A stretch of DNA of 64,000 nt from Polyangiaceae bacterium (GCA_016712345.1 JADJRH010000002.1:72466-136465); one strand, 5' to 3'. Positions 38,491 through 48,388 are shown, counted from the first letter of the stretch. Numbers and translations are program-made. Notes: generated from the sequence alone by a model not told the origin.

Positions 38491-39971
38491 GGTTCCGAGG
38501 CGGCGTGGGCAGATTGTTTGTGGGGGCGTTGGCTCTCAGCGCGGCGATGTCATTTTCGGCGGGGGCCTTCGCCAAAGTGAAACGTTCCGGCACGTGGCCG
38601 TCGAATGAAACCAAAGTGTCGCTCGACGTATCGCGCGTACCTCGCGATCAGGCGATCCAAGCGCTCGCCAAAGCGGCGGGTTGGAGTGTTGTTGTTCACG
38701 CTCCGCAGGCGGATCTCGTGGATGTACACGTGAAAGATCAGCCCGCCGACAAGGTGCTTGAACTTTTGTTGCTCGATGCCGACTACTCGGTGTCGCGCGA
38801 TGGGACGCTTGTTTCAATTGTGCGTGAATCGGGCGGTGAGCCTTCAAAACAAGGCAATTCGGGTGCTGCGACCCCGGTTGTGACGGTGCCCACAATTCCG
38901 CCGGCGAGCGTGCCTGTTCCGCCCGTGATGCCCACTCCTCCCAATGGCGGAGTTGCGCCGAGTGTACCCACGCCGCCCACGCCTCCCGAGCCTCCGGCGG
39001 TGCCTTCGGTGGCTGCTGTTCCCGAGGTGCCCGCTGTGCCTGCCGTTCCGAATGCGCCAAGTGCGGCAGCCAATGCCGATGACGACGGTCCGCCCGCTGA
39101 GAATGGGAAAGATCGCGAGTTCTTCGGTGGAAGTGCCACGATCCCCAAAGATGAAGTGGTCAATGACGTGGCCGTGATGGGTGGCAGTCTCGATGTGTAT
39201 GGCAAGGTCACAGGTGATATCGCGGTGACCGGCGGATCAGTGCGTATTCATCCCGGAGCGCGCGTGTACGGCGATGTTTCGGTGATGGGCGGCGGCGTGA
39301 ATGTGAGCGACGGCGGCCGAATCGACGGTGATGTCGATGTGGTTGGCGGGACTGTTACGCGCGGCGATAAAGCGGTGATCGGCGGTGATGTTCACGGTCG
39401 AAACGGCAAGAGCAAAAAGAGCGATTCGGACGATGATGACAGTTTGGCGGGCCGCGAGAAGGTGCGAGACACCGCTGCTGAAGTGGGTGGGGCCTTTGCG
39501 CGTGCGGCGCTTCTTTTCGTGCTCGGAACAGTCCTCCTGGCGCTCGCGCCGCAACGGATGGATGCCCTCAAAGCCGAACTTGTGGCGCACCCAATGCGTT
39601 CATTCGCCAAAGGGATTGTCGGTTTTCTAGCGGCTTGTGCGCTGTTTTTGGTGCTGTGTGTAACGGTTGTGGGCATTCCGTTTGCGCTGATCGGTGCAAC
39701 GGTCGCGGTTGTGGCGGTGTTCGGCTCCATGTGCGCGGTGCTTGAAACGGCGGGTCGCGCGCTTGTGAAACACAAGTCGGACAATCCGTATGTACACCTG
39801 GCGGTGGGTACACTTCTGTTTTTGGGCGCCACCGCGCTTCCTGTGATTGGGCCGCTTGTGGGCTTCACTGTGGCGTTTCTTGCGGTCGGCGTGCTTGTTT
39901 CAACGCGGGCCGCGGGGCTTATTCAAAAGAAAAACGGCGGCGCGCAGCCTTATCGCTCAGCGCCGGTGTGA
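38487..39971 (+). CDS. Secreted/membrane protein with a Pro-rich linker, a bactofilin/DUF4097-like beta-helix repeat region and a C-terminal multi-TM domain
   Basis: ATGA overlap with the anti-sigma gene. Signal peptide. AVMGGSLDVYGKVTGDIAVTGGSVRIHPGARVYGDVSVMGGGVNVSDGGRIDGDVDVVGG. Four C-terminal TM helices. Confidence 0.6.
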   Translation: MRFRGGVGRLFVGALALSAAMSFSAGAFAKVKRSGTWPSNETKVSLDVSRVPRDQAIQALAKAAGWSVVVHAPQADLVDVHVKDQPADKVLELLLLDADYSVSRDGTLVSIVRESGGEPSKQGNSGAATPVVTVPTIPPASVPVPPVMPTPPNGGVAPSVPTPPTPPEPPAVPSVAAVPEVPAVPAVPNAPSAAANADDDGPPAENGKDREFFGGSATIPKDEVVNDVAVMGGSLDVYGKVTGDIAVTGGSVRIHPGARVYGDVSVMGGGVNVSDGGRIDGDVDVVGGTVTRGDKAVIGGDVHGRNGKSKKSDSDDDDSLAGREKVRDTAAEVGGAFARAALLFVLGTVLLALAPQRMDALKAELVAHPMRSFAKGIVGFLAACALFLVLCVTVVGIPFALIGATVAVVAVFGSMCAVLETAGRALVKHKSDNPYVHLAVGTLLFLGATALPVIGPLVGFTVAFLAVGVLVSTRAAGLIQKKNGGAQPYRSAPV

Positions 39972-40002
39972 AGGGTGGTTTGAATCGCGGGCCGGGCACC
40001 GG

Positions 40003-40150
40003 AGCTAACCACGGAGGCACGGACGTTTATGGAGATCCACGGAGGATCTATATGTAGTGTACACAGCAGCGTCTCGGCGACTTTGGAAGAAGGTCGCCGT
40101 CATCCAAGGCGAAAATACAAAAAATCTCTGTGTACTCTCTGTGGCCTCCC
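40003..40150. repeat. Degenerate copy of the CACGGAG/CTCTGTG heptad inverted-repeat element (intergenic, convergent gene ends)
   Basis: aaccacggaggcacggacgtttatggagatccacggagg ... caaaaaatctctgtgtactctctgtgg aligns with the element at 57871..58048, including the internal tgtagtgtacacagcagc core. Confidence 0.55.
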
Positions 40151-40212
40151 CAAGCTCCGTGTTTAAATACGACGTGTCAGCAAAGCGTGACGTGTCAGCG
40201 AAGTGCGAGGTG

Positions 40213-41175
40213 TCAGGTTGCGTTGCTTTCGTCGACGAAGTGAAACCACTGCGTTGGATGACGCTCAATAAACGCTCGCATGGCATTGGCCATTTGCTGA
40301 GCTGCCCTGTCGAGTTGTTCCGGCGAGGGTTTGCGTGAGATCTCGATAGGCTCCATCACTTCAGCCTCGTATTGCATAAAGTCGAGTCGCCGCGTGAAAA
40401 TGGGCAATAGCGGCGCACCGCTCACCGCGGCAAGTGTGAGCGGCCCCTCTGGAATACGCCAAGTGCCTCCCGGCAAATGAGCTGTTCGAAACCGCATCCC
40501 CGGCGGCACACGATCGAGTTGCATGGCGACAACGGCATTCCGTCGGAGCGCGTGGAGAAGGGGCAGCGCATCAAAGGCGCTGTCGCCGATGTGAGCCACT
40601 TTTACCCCCGCACGTTCACGGGCGCGATCTTGAATGGCCCTCGCGTGCTCGTCGCGTTCACGCTGCATCACCACCCACACTTCTCCCGGGTGTACACTTC
40701 GCATGACCGAGCCGGCAAACTCCCAGCCTGCCGTGTGCGCGGTGACAATGATCACGCCGCGCCCTTTTGCGGCGCACGCCTGGTAGCGCTCGACGCCGCG
40801 CGGAAGCGACGCCATCGCGTAGCGACGACCGTCGAGCAACATCGCTTCGGTGAGGCACGAAGCGTAGTTTGAGAACACCGCCGCCACTTCGCGCTCTTCT
40901 TGCAACGCGGGGCGCTCCCCGAGAACGCGGCGCAGATTGTTGCGAACAATGCGGCGTTTATCGGGAAGGATCGCCCAAAAACCGAGGCCCCAAACGGGCG
41001 GGCTGTAGCGCACCCACACTTCGGGGCCGTGCTCCACGCCGGCTCGCATGATGCGGCGCCAAAAGGCCGAATCGGCCCTCAGTCGGTCCCTCACGTTCTC
41101 GCGCAGACCACCCACCCATTCAACAATCCTGGAGGCCGCCATTGCTTCCGGGCCTTTGTTAGCACCGCGACTCAA
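40213..41175 (-). CDS. LpxL/LpxM/LpxP-family lipid A biosynthesis (lysophospholipid) acyltransferase
   Basis: VIIVTAHTAGWEFAG matches the H-x4-[WE] acyltransferase motif. About 320 aa. Confidence 0.7.
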   Translation of the reverse strand: MSRGANKGPEAMAASRIVEWVGGLRENVRDRLRADSAFWRRIMRAGVEHGPEVWVRYSPPVWGLGFWAILPDKRRIVRNNLRRVLGERPALQEEREVAAVFSNYASCLTEAMLLDGRRYAMASLPRGVERYQACAAKGRGVIIVTAHTAGWEFAGSVMRSVHPGEVWVVMQRERDEHARAIQDRARERAGVKVAHIGDSAFDALPLLHALRRNAVVAMQLDRVPPGMRFRTAHLPGGTWRIPEGPLTLAAVSGAPLLPIFTRRLDFMQYEAEVMEPIEISRKPSPEQLDRAAQQMANAMRAFIERHPTQWFHFVDESNAT

Positions 41176-41176
41176 T

Positions 41177-42727
41177 TCACAGCTGGAAAAAGTGTTTGAT
41201 CCGATCGATGAACTGCAAACTCTTCACGTTCACTTCGCGCTCACGATCGCTCATAGGCATGGACTCGGCATGTTCGTCCAACATGGTTTGACGTTCTGCG
41301 AGCACGCGTGACAGCTCTTTGACCAGGTTTGGCGAAGCCGAGAGCACATCGTGAAATGGCTCGTGGCCAATCACCATGAGTTCGCACTCGGTGTATGCAC
41401 GAACAGTTGCCTGGCGTTTTTCGCCGGTGACAAGGGCCATTTCGCCGAAAAATTGTCCTGGACCGAGCCTTGTCACTTCACTCGTTTCTTTACCCGCGCT
41501 TTCAAGCAGCACAACCACCGTTCCACGCTCAATGATGTACAGCTCGTCGGCATCGTCGTCTTGTCGAACGATCGTTTCGCCGGGCGAAAAGAGGCGGGTT
41601 GTGGCGAGCGTTGCGAGGCGTTTGAGTACACTTCGATCAAGCACGCTCAAGATGTCCACGTTGCCGAGAGCGCTCTCGCGTTTTAACGCGCTGCTCGCAT
41701 CTTCCCGCGCCCTTGTTTCATCGGAGACTTGATGCAGGTGTACCGTTCGCTGCGGAAACGGAATGGTGAAGTTTGCCCTGTGAAGGGCGTAATAAATGCG
41801 ATCGCGAACTCCCCCGTCGACGCCGTCGCGCTTGTCGAATTGGTCTGTCCAAAAGCGCACCCAATATTCAATGCCGCTCTCGGCGAAGTTGTTTGTCACA
41901 ACGCTGGGCGCGGGGTCTGTGAGTACACCGGGCGTATCGCGGAGCGCGTCGAGAATGACCTCGTGTACACGTCGCGGCGGCACCTCGTATGCGACGCTGA
42001 TGTACACACTGCGGCGCGATGATTTTGTGGGTTTCGTGAAGTTTACAATCGGCGCTTTTGCAAGCATTCCGTTGGGTACAATCACTTCTACGTCGTCGAG
42101 CGTAACGACCTTTGTGGCGCGCCAGTTGATCTCCACAACTCGGCCGATGTGCCTTTTTTCGTTGTCGAACGCGATCCAATCACCCACGTCAAAAGGGCGC
42201 TGCATTTGGATAGAAAGGCCGGCCACCAAGTTGCCAAGCGTTTCTTGAAGCGAAAGGCCGATGACAGCGGTGACAACCGCACCGGTGGTGAGGATGGAGC
42301 CCGGATCAAACCCGAGCGCTCGGAGCGCACCGAGCAGCAAAAATAGGTACAAAACGCCCTGCGCGATGTCGCGCAAAATGGCGGGCACAGGGCGTTGCAT
42401 GCGCCGGCCAAGCACCACTTCGAGCACCAAGAGCCCGATCAGCCGACCAAACGCAAAGAGCAATGCGAGCAGCGAAACGAACTTGATCGCGACGGTGATC
42501 GACGCCTCTTCGGGCACAACGAGGCGCAGGAGCATTGCGCCCATGTGTACAAACAGAAAAAACGCCGGCACACGCAGCAGTCGCTCGCCCTTCTTGGGCA
42601 ACAAAAAGCGCGTGATAAAAAGCAGCAGAACGGCCGCGATCAAGCCGATCACGCCGAGAAGCGCCGAGCCGGTTACCAAGTCCCGAAAGATTTTTTCGAG
42701 CGCCATGCGGCGGCACGACCATCGCAC
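41177..42727 (-). CDS. MscS-family mechanosensitive channel with a C-terminal cyclic-nucleotide-binding domain
   Basis: Three N-terminal TM helices. MscS core LGNLVAGLSIQMQRPFDVGDWI. cNMP domain FFGEMALVTGEKRQATVRA. The alternative start MALEKIF is at 42706. Confidence 0.8.
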   Translation of the reverse strand: MRWSCRRMALEKIFRDLVTGSALLGVIGLIAAVLLLFITRFLLPKKGERLLRVPAFFLFVHMGAMLLRLVVPEEASITVAIKFVSLLALLFAFGRLIGLLVLEVVLGRRMQRPVPAILRDIAQGVLYLFLLLGALRALGFDPGSILTTGAVVTAVIGLSLQETLGNLVAGLSIQMQRPFDVGDWIAFDNEKRHIGRVVEINWRATKVVTLDDVEVIVPNGMLAKAPIVNFTKPTKSSRRSVYISVAYEVPPRRVHEVILDALRDTPGVLTDPAPSVVTNNFAESGIEYWVRFWTDQFDKRDGVDGGVRDRIYYALHRANFTIPFPQRTVHLHQVSDETRAREDASSALKRESALGNVDILSVLDRSVLKRLATLATTRLFSPGETIVRQDDDADELYIIERGTVVVLLESAGKETSEVTRLGPGQFFGEMALVTGEKRQATVRAYTECELMVIGHEPFHDVLSASPNLVKELSRVLAERQTMLDEHAESMPMSDREREVNVKSLQFIDRIKHFFQL

Positions 42728-42800
42728 GAAAAGGCGTCGGTTTGCGACCCGGTTGTGAACAATCTCGGAGGCGACTCGGCCGTCGTGTACACTTTATGGA

Positions 42801-43508
42801 ATGACCTCGGCGCTGCGCGTGCTTCTCGTGGACGATGAACCGGATCTCCAGGAGCTTCTCGTGTTTAATCTCACGGCCGCGGGGTTCGTTGTTGAAGCGG
42901 TCAACACCGCTCAAGCGGGCCTTGACGCGGCTCGGCGTGAGCGCCCCCACGTTGTGATTCTCGATGTGATGTTGCCGGACTTGGCGGGGACGGAAGTGTG
43001 TCGCCAACTGCGCGCCGATTCGCACCTTGAAGATGTGGGGATCGTGATGCTCACCGCGCGCGGCGATGAAAGCGATCGCGTGTTGGGCTTTGAGGTCGGT
43101 GCCGACGACTACGTGGTTAAGCCGTACAGCGTTCGAGAGCTTGTGTTGAGGGTGAAAGCGCTTGCGCGTCGTTCGGCCGAAAGCCGAAGCGCCCGCGCTG
43201 TGGAAGACGCGGGTTCACGCCTTGTGTGGCGCGGTCTTTCGGTGGACCCTGTTCGTCACAGAGTGTTTATCGGGGACAGTGAGCTTTCACTCCGCCCGCT
43301 TGAATACAAATTGTTGTCGGCCTTTATGGAACACCCTGGCATTATGTTTTCACGTGCTGAGCTGCTTGAAATGGTCTGGGGAATTAAGCCGGACACCCAC
43401 ACTCGCACGGTGGATACCCATATTCGCCGACTTCGCGAGCGACTTGGGGTTTTTGGAGATGCGATTGAAACAGTGCAGGGCTTTGGCTACCGCCTTCGAA
43501 ACCCATAA
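42801..43508 (+). CDS. OmpR/PhoB-family response regulator
   Basis: Receiver VLLVDDEPDLQELL...DVMLPD. Winged-helix C-terminus ending GFGYRL. Confidence 0.85.
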   Translation: MTSALRVLLVDDEPDLQELLVFNLTAAGFVVEAVNTAQAGLDAARRERPHVVILDVMLPDLAGTEVCRQLRADSHLEDVGIVMLTARGDESDRVLGFEVGADDYVVKPYSVRELVLRVKALARRSAESRSARAVEDAGSRLVWRGLSVDPVRHRVFIGDSELSLRPLEYKLLSAFMEHPGIMFSRAELLEMVWGIKPDTHTRTVDTHIRRLRERLGVFGDAIETVQGFGYRLRNP

Positions 43509-43705
43509 ACTATCTCAACTGTGTCAAAACCGCTTTTCCAAGCGTGGTTCGCCACGACTCCTGCATCGTCTCGGAGCAGGCATCGGGCAGCGCGCCGCGG
43601 CAGCAGACACCAGTAACGCTCAAATCCGCCGGTCTCGCCGGTCTCGCGTTTTGCCCCGCTGCGCTCTCTACATGACTCCATCCGAAGACCTGACACAGTA
43701 GTGCT

Positions 43706-45184
43706 ATGACCCTCTCCTTTCGAACCAAACTGCTTGTCAGTTACCTCGGACTGGTGGCTTTTGTAATCGCCGTCACCACGTTTGAACTCAATCGTTCGCT
43801 CGGCGCCGATTTGGTGCGGCAACTGGATGAAAGGCTGATCGCTCAAACCGATGGCGCGATGTTGTGGATTGGGGCGGGGCGGCATCCCAATCGGCTGGCG
43901 GGTAGATTGGCTTCGGTGGTGGGGGCGGAAATTGCCCTGATTGATAAAAGTGGAACGGTGCTTGGGTATGCCGATGCTCGGCAGTCCGTTCTACAAACCG
44001 GAACAGGCGCCGATTCTCCCGATTCAAAACCGCCTTCTTTTCCCGACCAAAACGATCAACCTGAAGTGAAAGGCGCCCGCGCCGCGGGGCGGGGTTTTGC
44101 GACGCGGCTTGGAAACCTTCCCACTCGGACAATGCGGTATGTGGCGGTTTCCAACCCCGAGGGGTTGGTATTGAGACTGGGTGTACCTTTGTCGGGGGTG
44201 GAAGAAACGCTCACAGGGATGCGTCGGCGCCTTCTTTTTGCGGCATTGTTGGCGATGGTGGTGGCTGTGGCGCTCGCGCTCTTGGCATCAAGGGTGATCT
44301 CGGGACCACTGCGCGCTATGGCGGATATCGCGCGGAAAATGGCGGAGGGTGATTTTAAGGCGCAGCCGCCTTCCAATTCTCCCGATGAGCTTGGCGCGCT
44401 TGCAAAGGCGCTCTCCTCCATGGGTAGTCAACTGGAAGCGCGCATTACTGATCTGACTTCCGAGCGTGATCGTCTGACGGCGCTTCTCGGTCAGGTTCGA
44501 AAGCTCGAGGTGGTGCGTCGCGACTTTGTGGCCAACCTCTCGCACGAGCTTCGAACGCCTGTCACAGCCATTCAAGGCTACTCTGAAACGTTGCTCACCT
44601 GTCCAACAGAGCCTGCGACGCGCGAGAAATTTCTGACGATCATCCATCGCAACGCGGAGCGGGTAGGTCGCCTTCTCGGGGATCTTCTTCAACTGTCTTC
44701 CATTGAGGCAGCGCCTGAATCGTTTGAGCCGGAGCCGATTGTATTGAGCGCTCTCGCAGGGCTTGTGGCGCAGACTGTTGAGGAGCGCCGAGTGGAGTCG
44801 AGCGCTCAGATCGATGTGGAGATTTTGCCGGACCTGACAGCGATGGGCGACGCGGGGCGGCTTGAACAGGTGGTTGAAAACCTTGTTGACAATGCCCTGA
44901 AACACGGCGGAAAAGGTGTACGCATTCGCCTGACGGGGGCCAAACACAATGGTCAGGTTGAACTTCGCGTGAGCGACAACGGGCCGGGAATTGCCGCGGA
45001 GCACCTTCCACGCATTTTTGAGCGTTTCTACAGGGTAGACCCCGCACGTTCGCGCGAAAAAGGCGGCGCGGGGCTGGGCCTGGCCATTGTGAAACACCTT
45101 GTGGAAGGGATGGGAGGAAACATTCAGGTCGAGAGCCGCGTGGGCGAAGGCACAACCTTTGTTGTGACTCTACCCGCCGCCTAG
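43706..45184 (+). CDS. PhoR-like sensor histidine kinase (2 TM, HAMP, HisKA, HATPase)
   Basis: LSHELRTPVTAIQGY H-box. DNGPGIAAEHLPRIFERFYR. GGAGLGLAIVKH. Its stop TAG is supplied by the terminus of the adjacent MITE. Confidence 0.8.
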   Translation: MTLSFRTKLLVSYLGLVAFVIAVTTFELNRSLGADLVRQLDERLIAQTDGAMLWIGAGRHPNRLAGRLASVVGAEIALIDKSGTVLGYADARQSVLQTGTGADSPDSKPPSFPDQNDQPEVKGARAAGRGFATRLGNLPTRTMRYVAVSNPEGLVLRLGVPLSGVEETLTGMRRRLLFAALLAMVVAVALALLASRVISGPLRAMADIARKMAEGDFKAQPPSNSPDELGALAKALSSMGSQLEARITDLTSERDRLTALLGQVRKLEVVRRDFVANLSHELRTPVTAIQGYSETLLTCPTEPATREKFLTIIHRNAERVGRLLGDLLQLSSIEAAPESFEPEPIVLSALAGLVAQTVEERRVESSAQIDVEILPDLTAMGDAGRLEQVVENLVDNALKHGGKGVRIRLTGAKHNGQVELRVSDNGPGIAAEHLPRIFERFYRVDPARSREKGGAGLGLAIVKHLVEGMGGNIQVESRVGEGTTFVVTLPAA

Positions 45185-45381
45185 GTGGCTGGTGTTTTTC
45201 GTAACGAGCAGCCCCGATCACGCGTCCGAGCGAGTTGCGAGAGCGCGAAGCGCGAAGCACACCGAGCAGCGCGAAGCGGTGCGAAGGTCACCGGAGCGGA
45301 ACATACGCGGAGTTTTTGAGCACCGGAAGCGCAGCGAGGACGCGTCAGCGGGGCGCGCAGTAGAAAACACCAGCCACCTAG
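45183..45381 (+). mobile_element. MITE-like element copy A (about 197 bp) with 17-bp terminal inverted repeats GGTGGCTGGTGTTTTTC and flanking TA
   Basis: cTA|GGTGGCTGGTGTTTTTCgtaacgagcagccccgatcacgcgtcc...gacgcgtcagcggggcgcgcagtaGAAAACACCAGCCACC|TAg. The interior is a long imperfect palindrome. Contains an extra about 56-bp gcgcgaagc-rich insert relative to copy B. Confidence 0.75.
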
Positions 45382-46181
45382 AATTTGGCTCCCACAGAAA
45401 TGGACCCCAAACCGAAGTTGACCTGAATTTTGCTCGTGGTCTGGCTGAATCGCTCGCGGATCCGTGTCATGTCACTTTTGGCGCTGGCTGCGATGAGTCC
45501 AGCAACGATCATCCCCGCGGCACCGAGGGCGAAAAACGCGCCGCTGGCTGCTTGTGCCCCTTCATCGGGATTGCAGCTCGAAAAAATGCCACATCCGCGC
45601 GTACTACCCACGGCGAACATGAGCACCCCGGCGAATGCCACTCCACCCCCAATTCCAACCACAATGAGAGAACCAATTCGCCGTGCGCGAGCACTCGCGT
45701 ACTCCGGTATCTCACGCAACCTCATTTCAAGTTGTTTGTCAAAGCCCTCTTTTTCGTCCCGCTTTTGTTTTTCATCAAACGCGTCCATGTACGCGGCGCC
45801 TGCTGGATCTACCACGGCAGGTTGAACGTACGGACTTTGACCGCCGGGAGGCGGCGGGTAGGGGTAAGGGTAGGGGTAAGGGTAAGGCGCGGCGGTTGTT
45901 GTTGGGTAGGTGGATGGGTAGGTTGGAGCCGTTGCTGTTGGAGCGGCAGATGGGTAGGTTGTTGCTGCAGGCGGAGGAGGCGGCGGGAGGAACGGCGCGT
46001 TTGGAACTTGGGGCGGAGGCGGCGGGGGTAGGTCGTCGGCCCAAGCGCTGCTGCCGAAACTCCCGGCGAAGGTCAGGACTAAGCCCAGTCCAACGGTTGC
46101 GCGAACAATTGCGCACCCTGCGCGACGGGTGTCACGTGAATTCTCCAAAGCGAGACGGGATCGAGCCGTTTTCAGGGTCAT
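45378..46181 (-). CDS. Proline/tyrosine-rich membrane protein (YPYPYPYPYPPPP tract) with a signal peptide and C-terminal TM helices
   Basis: Likely start MTLKTARSR. Signal ...VGLGLVLTFAGSFGSSAWADD. Its stop is supplied by the MITE-A terminus (ccaccTAG). Confidence 0.5.
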   Translation of the reverse strand: MTLKTARSRLALENSRDTRRAGCAIVRATVGLGLVLTFAGSFGSSAWADDLPPPPPPQVPNAPFLPPPPPPAATTYPSAAPTATAPTYPSTYPTTTAAPYPYPYPYPYPPPPGGQSPYVQPAVVDPAGAAYMDAFDEKQKRDEKEGFDKQLEMRLREIPEYASARARRIGSLIVVGIGGGVAFAGVLMFAVGSTRGCGIFSSCNPDEGAQAASGAFFALGAAGMIVAGLIAASAKSDMTRIRERFSQTTSKIQVNFGLGSISVGAKF

Positions 46182-46429
46182 GTATTCAGCGACAGCAAGC
46201 CCTGCGCCAGCCATCGATACCTGGTGGATGAATGCACCGGGGGGGTGGATCGCTTGCAGTCCATATCCAAGTTCCAGGCCCAAGGCGACAGCCTCAGCCT
46301 ACCCTGTTTCGGCGGCTATACTGGACGATTCCAGCATTTTCGAAACAATCGGTGGAGAGAGCCCCCACCATCCACTTGGCCCACCGGTTGCACCACGCAT
46401 CTCGGCCTCTTTTGAAAGGCAGGCACGGC

Positions 46430-47620
46430 ATGCGACGGATCTCGATGTTCTTTGGCCTTCTCGTCAGCTCCGCGCTCGCGATCACAGCGTGCGAGTCGGC
46501 GCCCGGCCCCAGCCCTTCGCCGAACGATACCGACGATAAGCCTTCCGTCCCCACGCCCGAAAACCCCGAGGCAACGCGCCCCGAGGTAACCCATACGGTG
46601 TTGGATGATCGGGTCAAAGATTACAACGAGGCGCTTCGCACAGCCTCGCTCAAGCTGCTTCGCGCGCTTCCTACCCTTCAACAAATCAAGAAGGTAGCAA
46701 ATGCGGCCGACCCCAAGCGCGCGTACGAAGAAGAACTCGACGCAATGTTGGATGATCCGCGTTTTACAGACCGCATGATCAAGTTTTGGCGCGATACAAT
46801 GCGTATGGGCGGCGGCGCGGCCGATGGTAAACCCAGCCGCAACACGGCCCCCAACTTGGCCGCGCGCATCACGGTAGAAGGTCGCCCCTTTACAGATCTG
46901 TTCACCTCACCTTCCAACAACTGCCCCGAATACGACGGCACCAACAAAGTCTTTACCGACGGTGAGTGCAACGGCGGAGCGCCTGTGGAGGCGGGTGTAC
47001 TCTCCAACCCAGGTGTACACTACCAATTCTACGGAAACATGGCTTTCCGCCGCGTGCGCTGGGTGCAAGAAGTGTTCGTCTGCACCAAGTTCCCGGCCGA
47101 GTACAGCGACAAACCCATTTCCAAAAACGGCGCGGATTATATGTCGCCGTGGCCGTTTGAGTCGATCGCCACAAGCCCGATTGACTTTCAAGATACCAAG
47201 AGCGTTGTGTGCGCCAACTGTCACACAACCATCAATCACGTGGCGCCCCTGTTCGCAAACTTTGACGCAAACGGCATGTGGCAAAACGAAATCAGCGTGA
47301 TGACCCCCACTGTCGATCCACTCAAGTCAGAGCTTTCTCACTGGCTCAACCCGGGAGAAACTCTTTCCTGGCGCTTTGGTGAACCCGTCAAAGATCTGGC
47401 CGAGCTGGGTCAGGCAATGGCGGCCGATCCCGATGTGAATGAGTGCGTTGTGTCGCGGCTCTACAACTTTGCCATGTCCAAAGAAGACATCGTGAACGAT
47501 CTGGCCACCGTGCCTTATGAAGTTCTCGATGAGTACATGATCACCTACTATCAAAATGGTCTAAACCTGAAGACCACGCTCAAAGCGATCTTCAGCAGCG
47601 CCGATTTCGTGCGGTTTTAG
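46430..47620 (+). CDS. Lipoprotein with a CxxCH (c-type haem-binding-like) motif; resembles the Planctomycete-type PSCyt/DUF15xx partner of a DUF1501-like protein
   Basis: MRRISMFFGLLVSSALAITAC lipobox. VVCANCHTTINHV. RBS-like aaagg upstream. Confidence 0.5.
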   Translation: MRRISMFFGLLVSSALAITACESAPGPSPSPNDTDDKPSVPTPENPEATRPEVTHTVLDDRVKDYNEALRTASLKLLRALPTLQQIKKVANAADPKRAYEEELDAMLDDPRFTDRMIKFWRDTMRMGGGAADGKPSRNTAPNLAARITVEGRPFTDLFTSPSNNCPEYDGTNKVFTDGECNGGAPVEAGVLSNPGVHYQFYGNMAFRRVRWVQEVFVCTKFPAEYSDKPISKNGADYMSPWPFESIATSPIDFQDTKSVVCANCHTTINHVAPLFANFDANGMWQNEISVMTPTVDPLKSELSHWLNPGETLSWRFGEPVKDLAELGQAMAADPDVNECVVSRLYNFAMSKEDIVNDLATVPYEVLDEYMITYYQNGLNLKTTLKAIFSSADFVRF

Positions 47621-47637
47621 GAGAAGAGGAGCAAGCC

Positions 47638-48375
47638 ATGAAGACGACCCCGATCGTGATTTCGGCGCTCGCCATCGCTTGCGGCCTCTCGGCCGCAGCC
47701 TGCGATTCGCGACCTGACACGTTAACCCCCAAGCCTCACAGCCCATATCAAGAAAACCCCACCAACAACGTGGAAGAAAAACCGGGCGCGTTTGCCGGTG
47801 GCCAAGACAACACGTTTGACCATATGGCGGGCCTCGGCGACGACGCTCCCAAAGACGCGTTTGAAGTTCTCCAGCAACGCGAAGAAGAAGGCCCGGCCGA
47901 AATTCGAACCCGCCTTCACTCGTGTCAGAAAATTCAGGTGACCACCCTTCGAAACATGCTTTCGAGCCTTGGGGTGAACCTTGACGCAACGGGCAATCCA
48001 CCCACCGCGGGTCAACTTCTCAAAGAAGGAACCGGCGCCCTCGGTGCCGCCAACTACGACGCCCGCGTGGGTGAAACAATTGTTTGGACGGCGGCCGGCG
48101 CGGCGAAGCTGTTCGACATCTTCGTTCAAGCGGCACCTGAAATTATTGCCAACCTTCCCAACATGCCTCAATGCCAAATCGACGGCGTTGGCGTTCAGCT
48201 CTTTGACGAGAACAACGTGTGTGTGGCCGACGGCATCACCTGCATCATCGGTCGCCCCGCAACCCCGGAGCATGTGGCCATTTGCAACAGCGTGGTCAAC
48301 AACGCTTCGAGTATTGAGAATGGCAAGAACATTGCAGTCGCTACCATTCTGAGTGCGGCGCACTCCTGCGAGTGA
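47638..48375 (+). CDS. Hypothetical lipoprotein
   Basis: MKTTPIVISALAIACGLSAAAC lipobox. 245 aa. No motif recognised. Confidence 0.5.
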   Translation: MKTTPIVISALAIACGLSAAACDSRPDTLTPKPHSPYQENPTNNVEEKPGAFAGGQDNTFDHMAGLGDDAPKDAFEVLQQREEEGPAEIRTRLHSCQKIQVTTLRNMLSSLGVNLDATGNPPTAGQLLKEGTGALGAANYDARVGETIVWTAAGAAKLFDIFVQAAPEIIANLPNMPQCQIDGVGVQLFDENNVCVADGITCIIGRPATPEHVAICNSVVNNASSIENGKNIAVATILSAAHSCE

Positions 48376-48388
48376 AACGGAGAACACC

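Noticed and set aside
42727-42801. Pho box upstream of the PhoB/PhoR-like pair
   Set aside because: No recognisable direct-repeat Pho-box-like 7-bp pairs at 11-bp spacing were visible. Calling the pair PhoB/PhoR (rather than generic OmpR-family) rests only on domain order, so I assigned no gene symbols.
45192-46031. ORF 45192..46031(+) and ORF 50706..50915(-), both starting MFFVTSSPDHASER...
   Set aside because: The shared N-terminus is simply the translated MITE sequence present in inverted copies. The remainder of 45192..46031 is the antisense of the Pro-rich membrane protein gene, so it is not a real gene.
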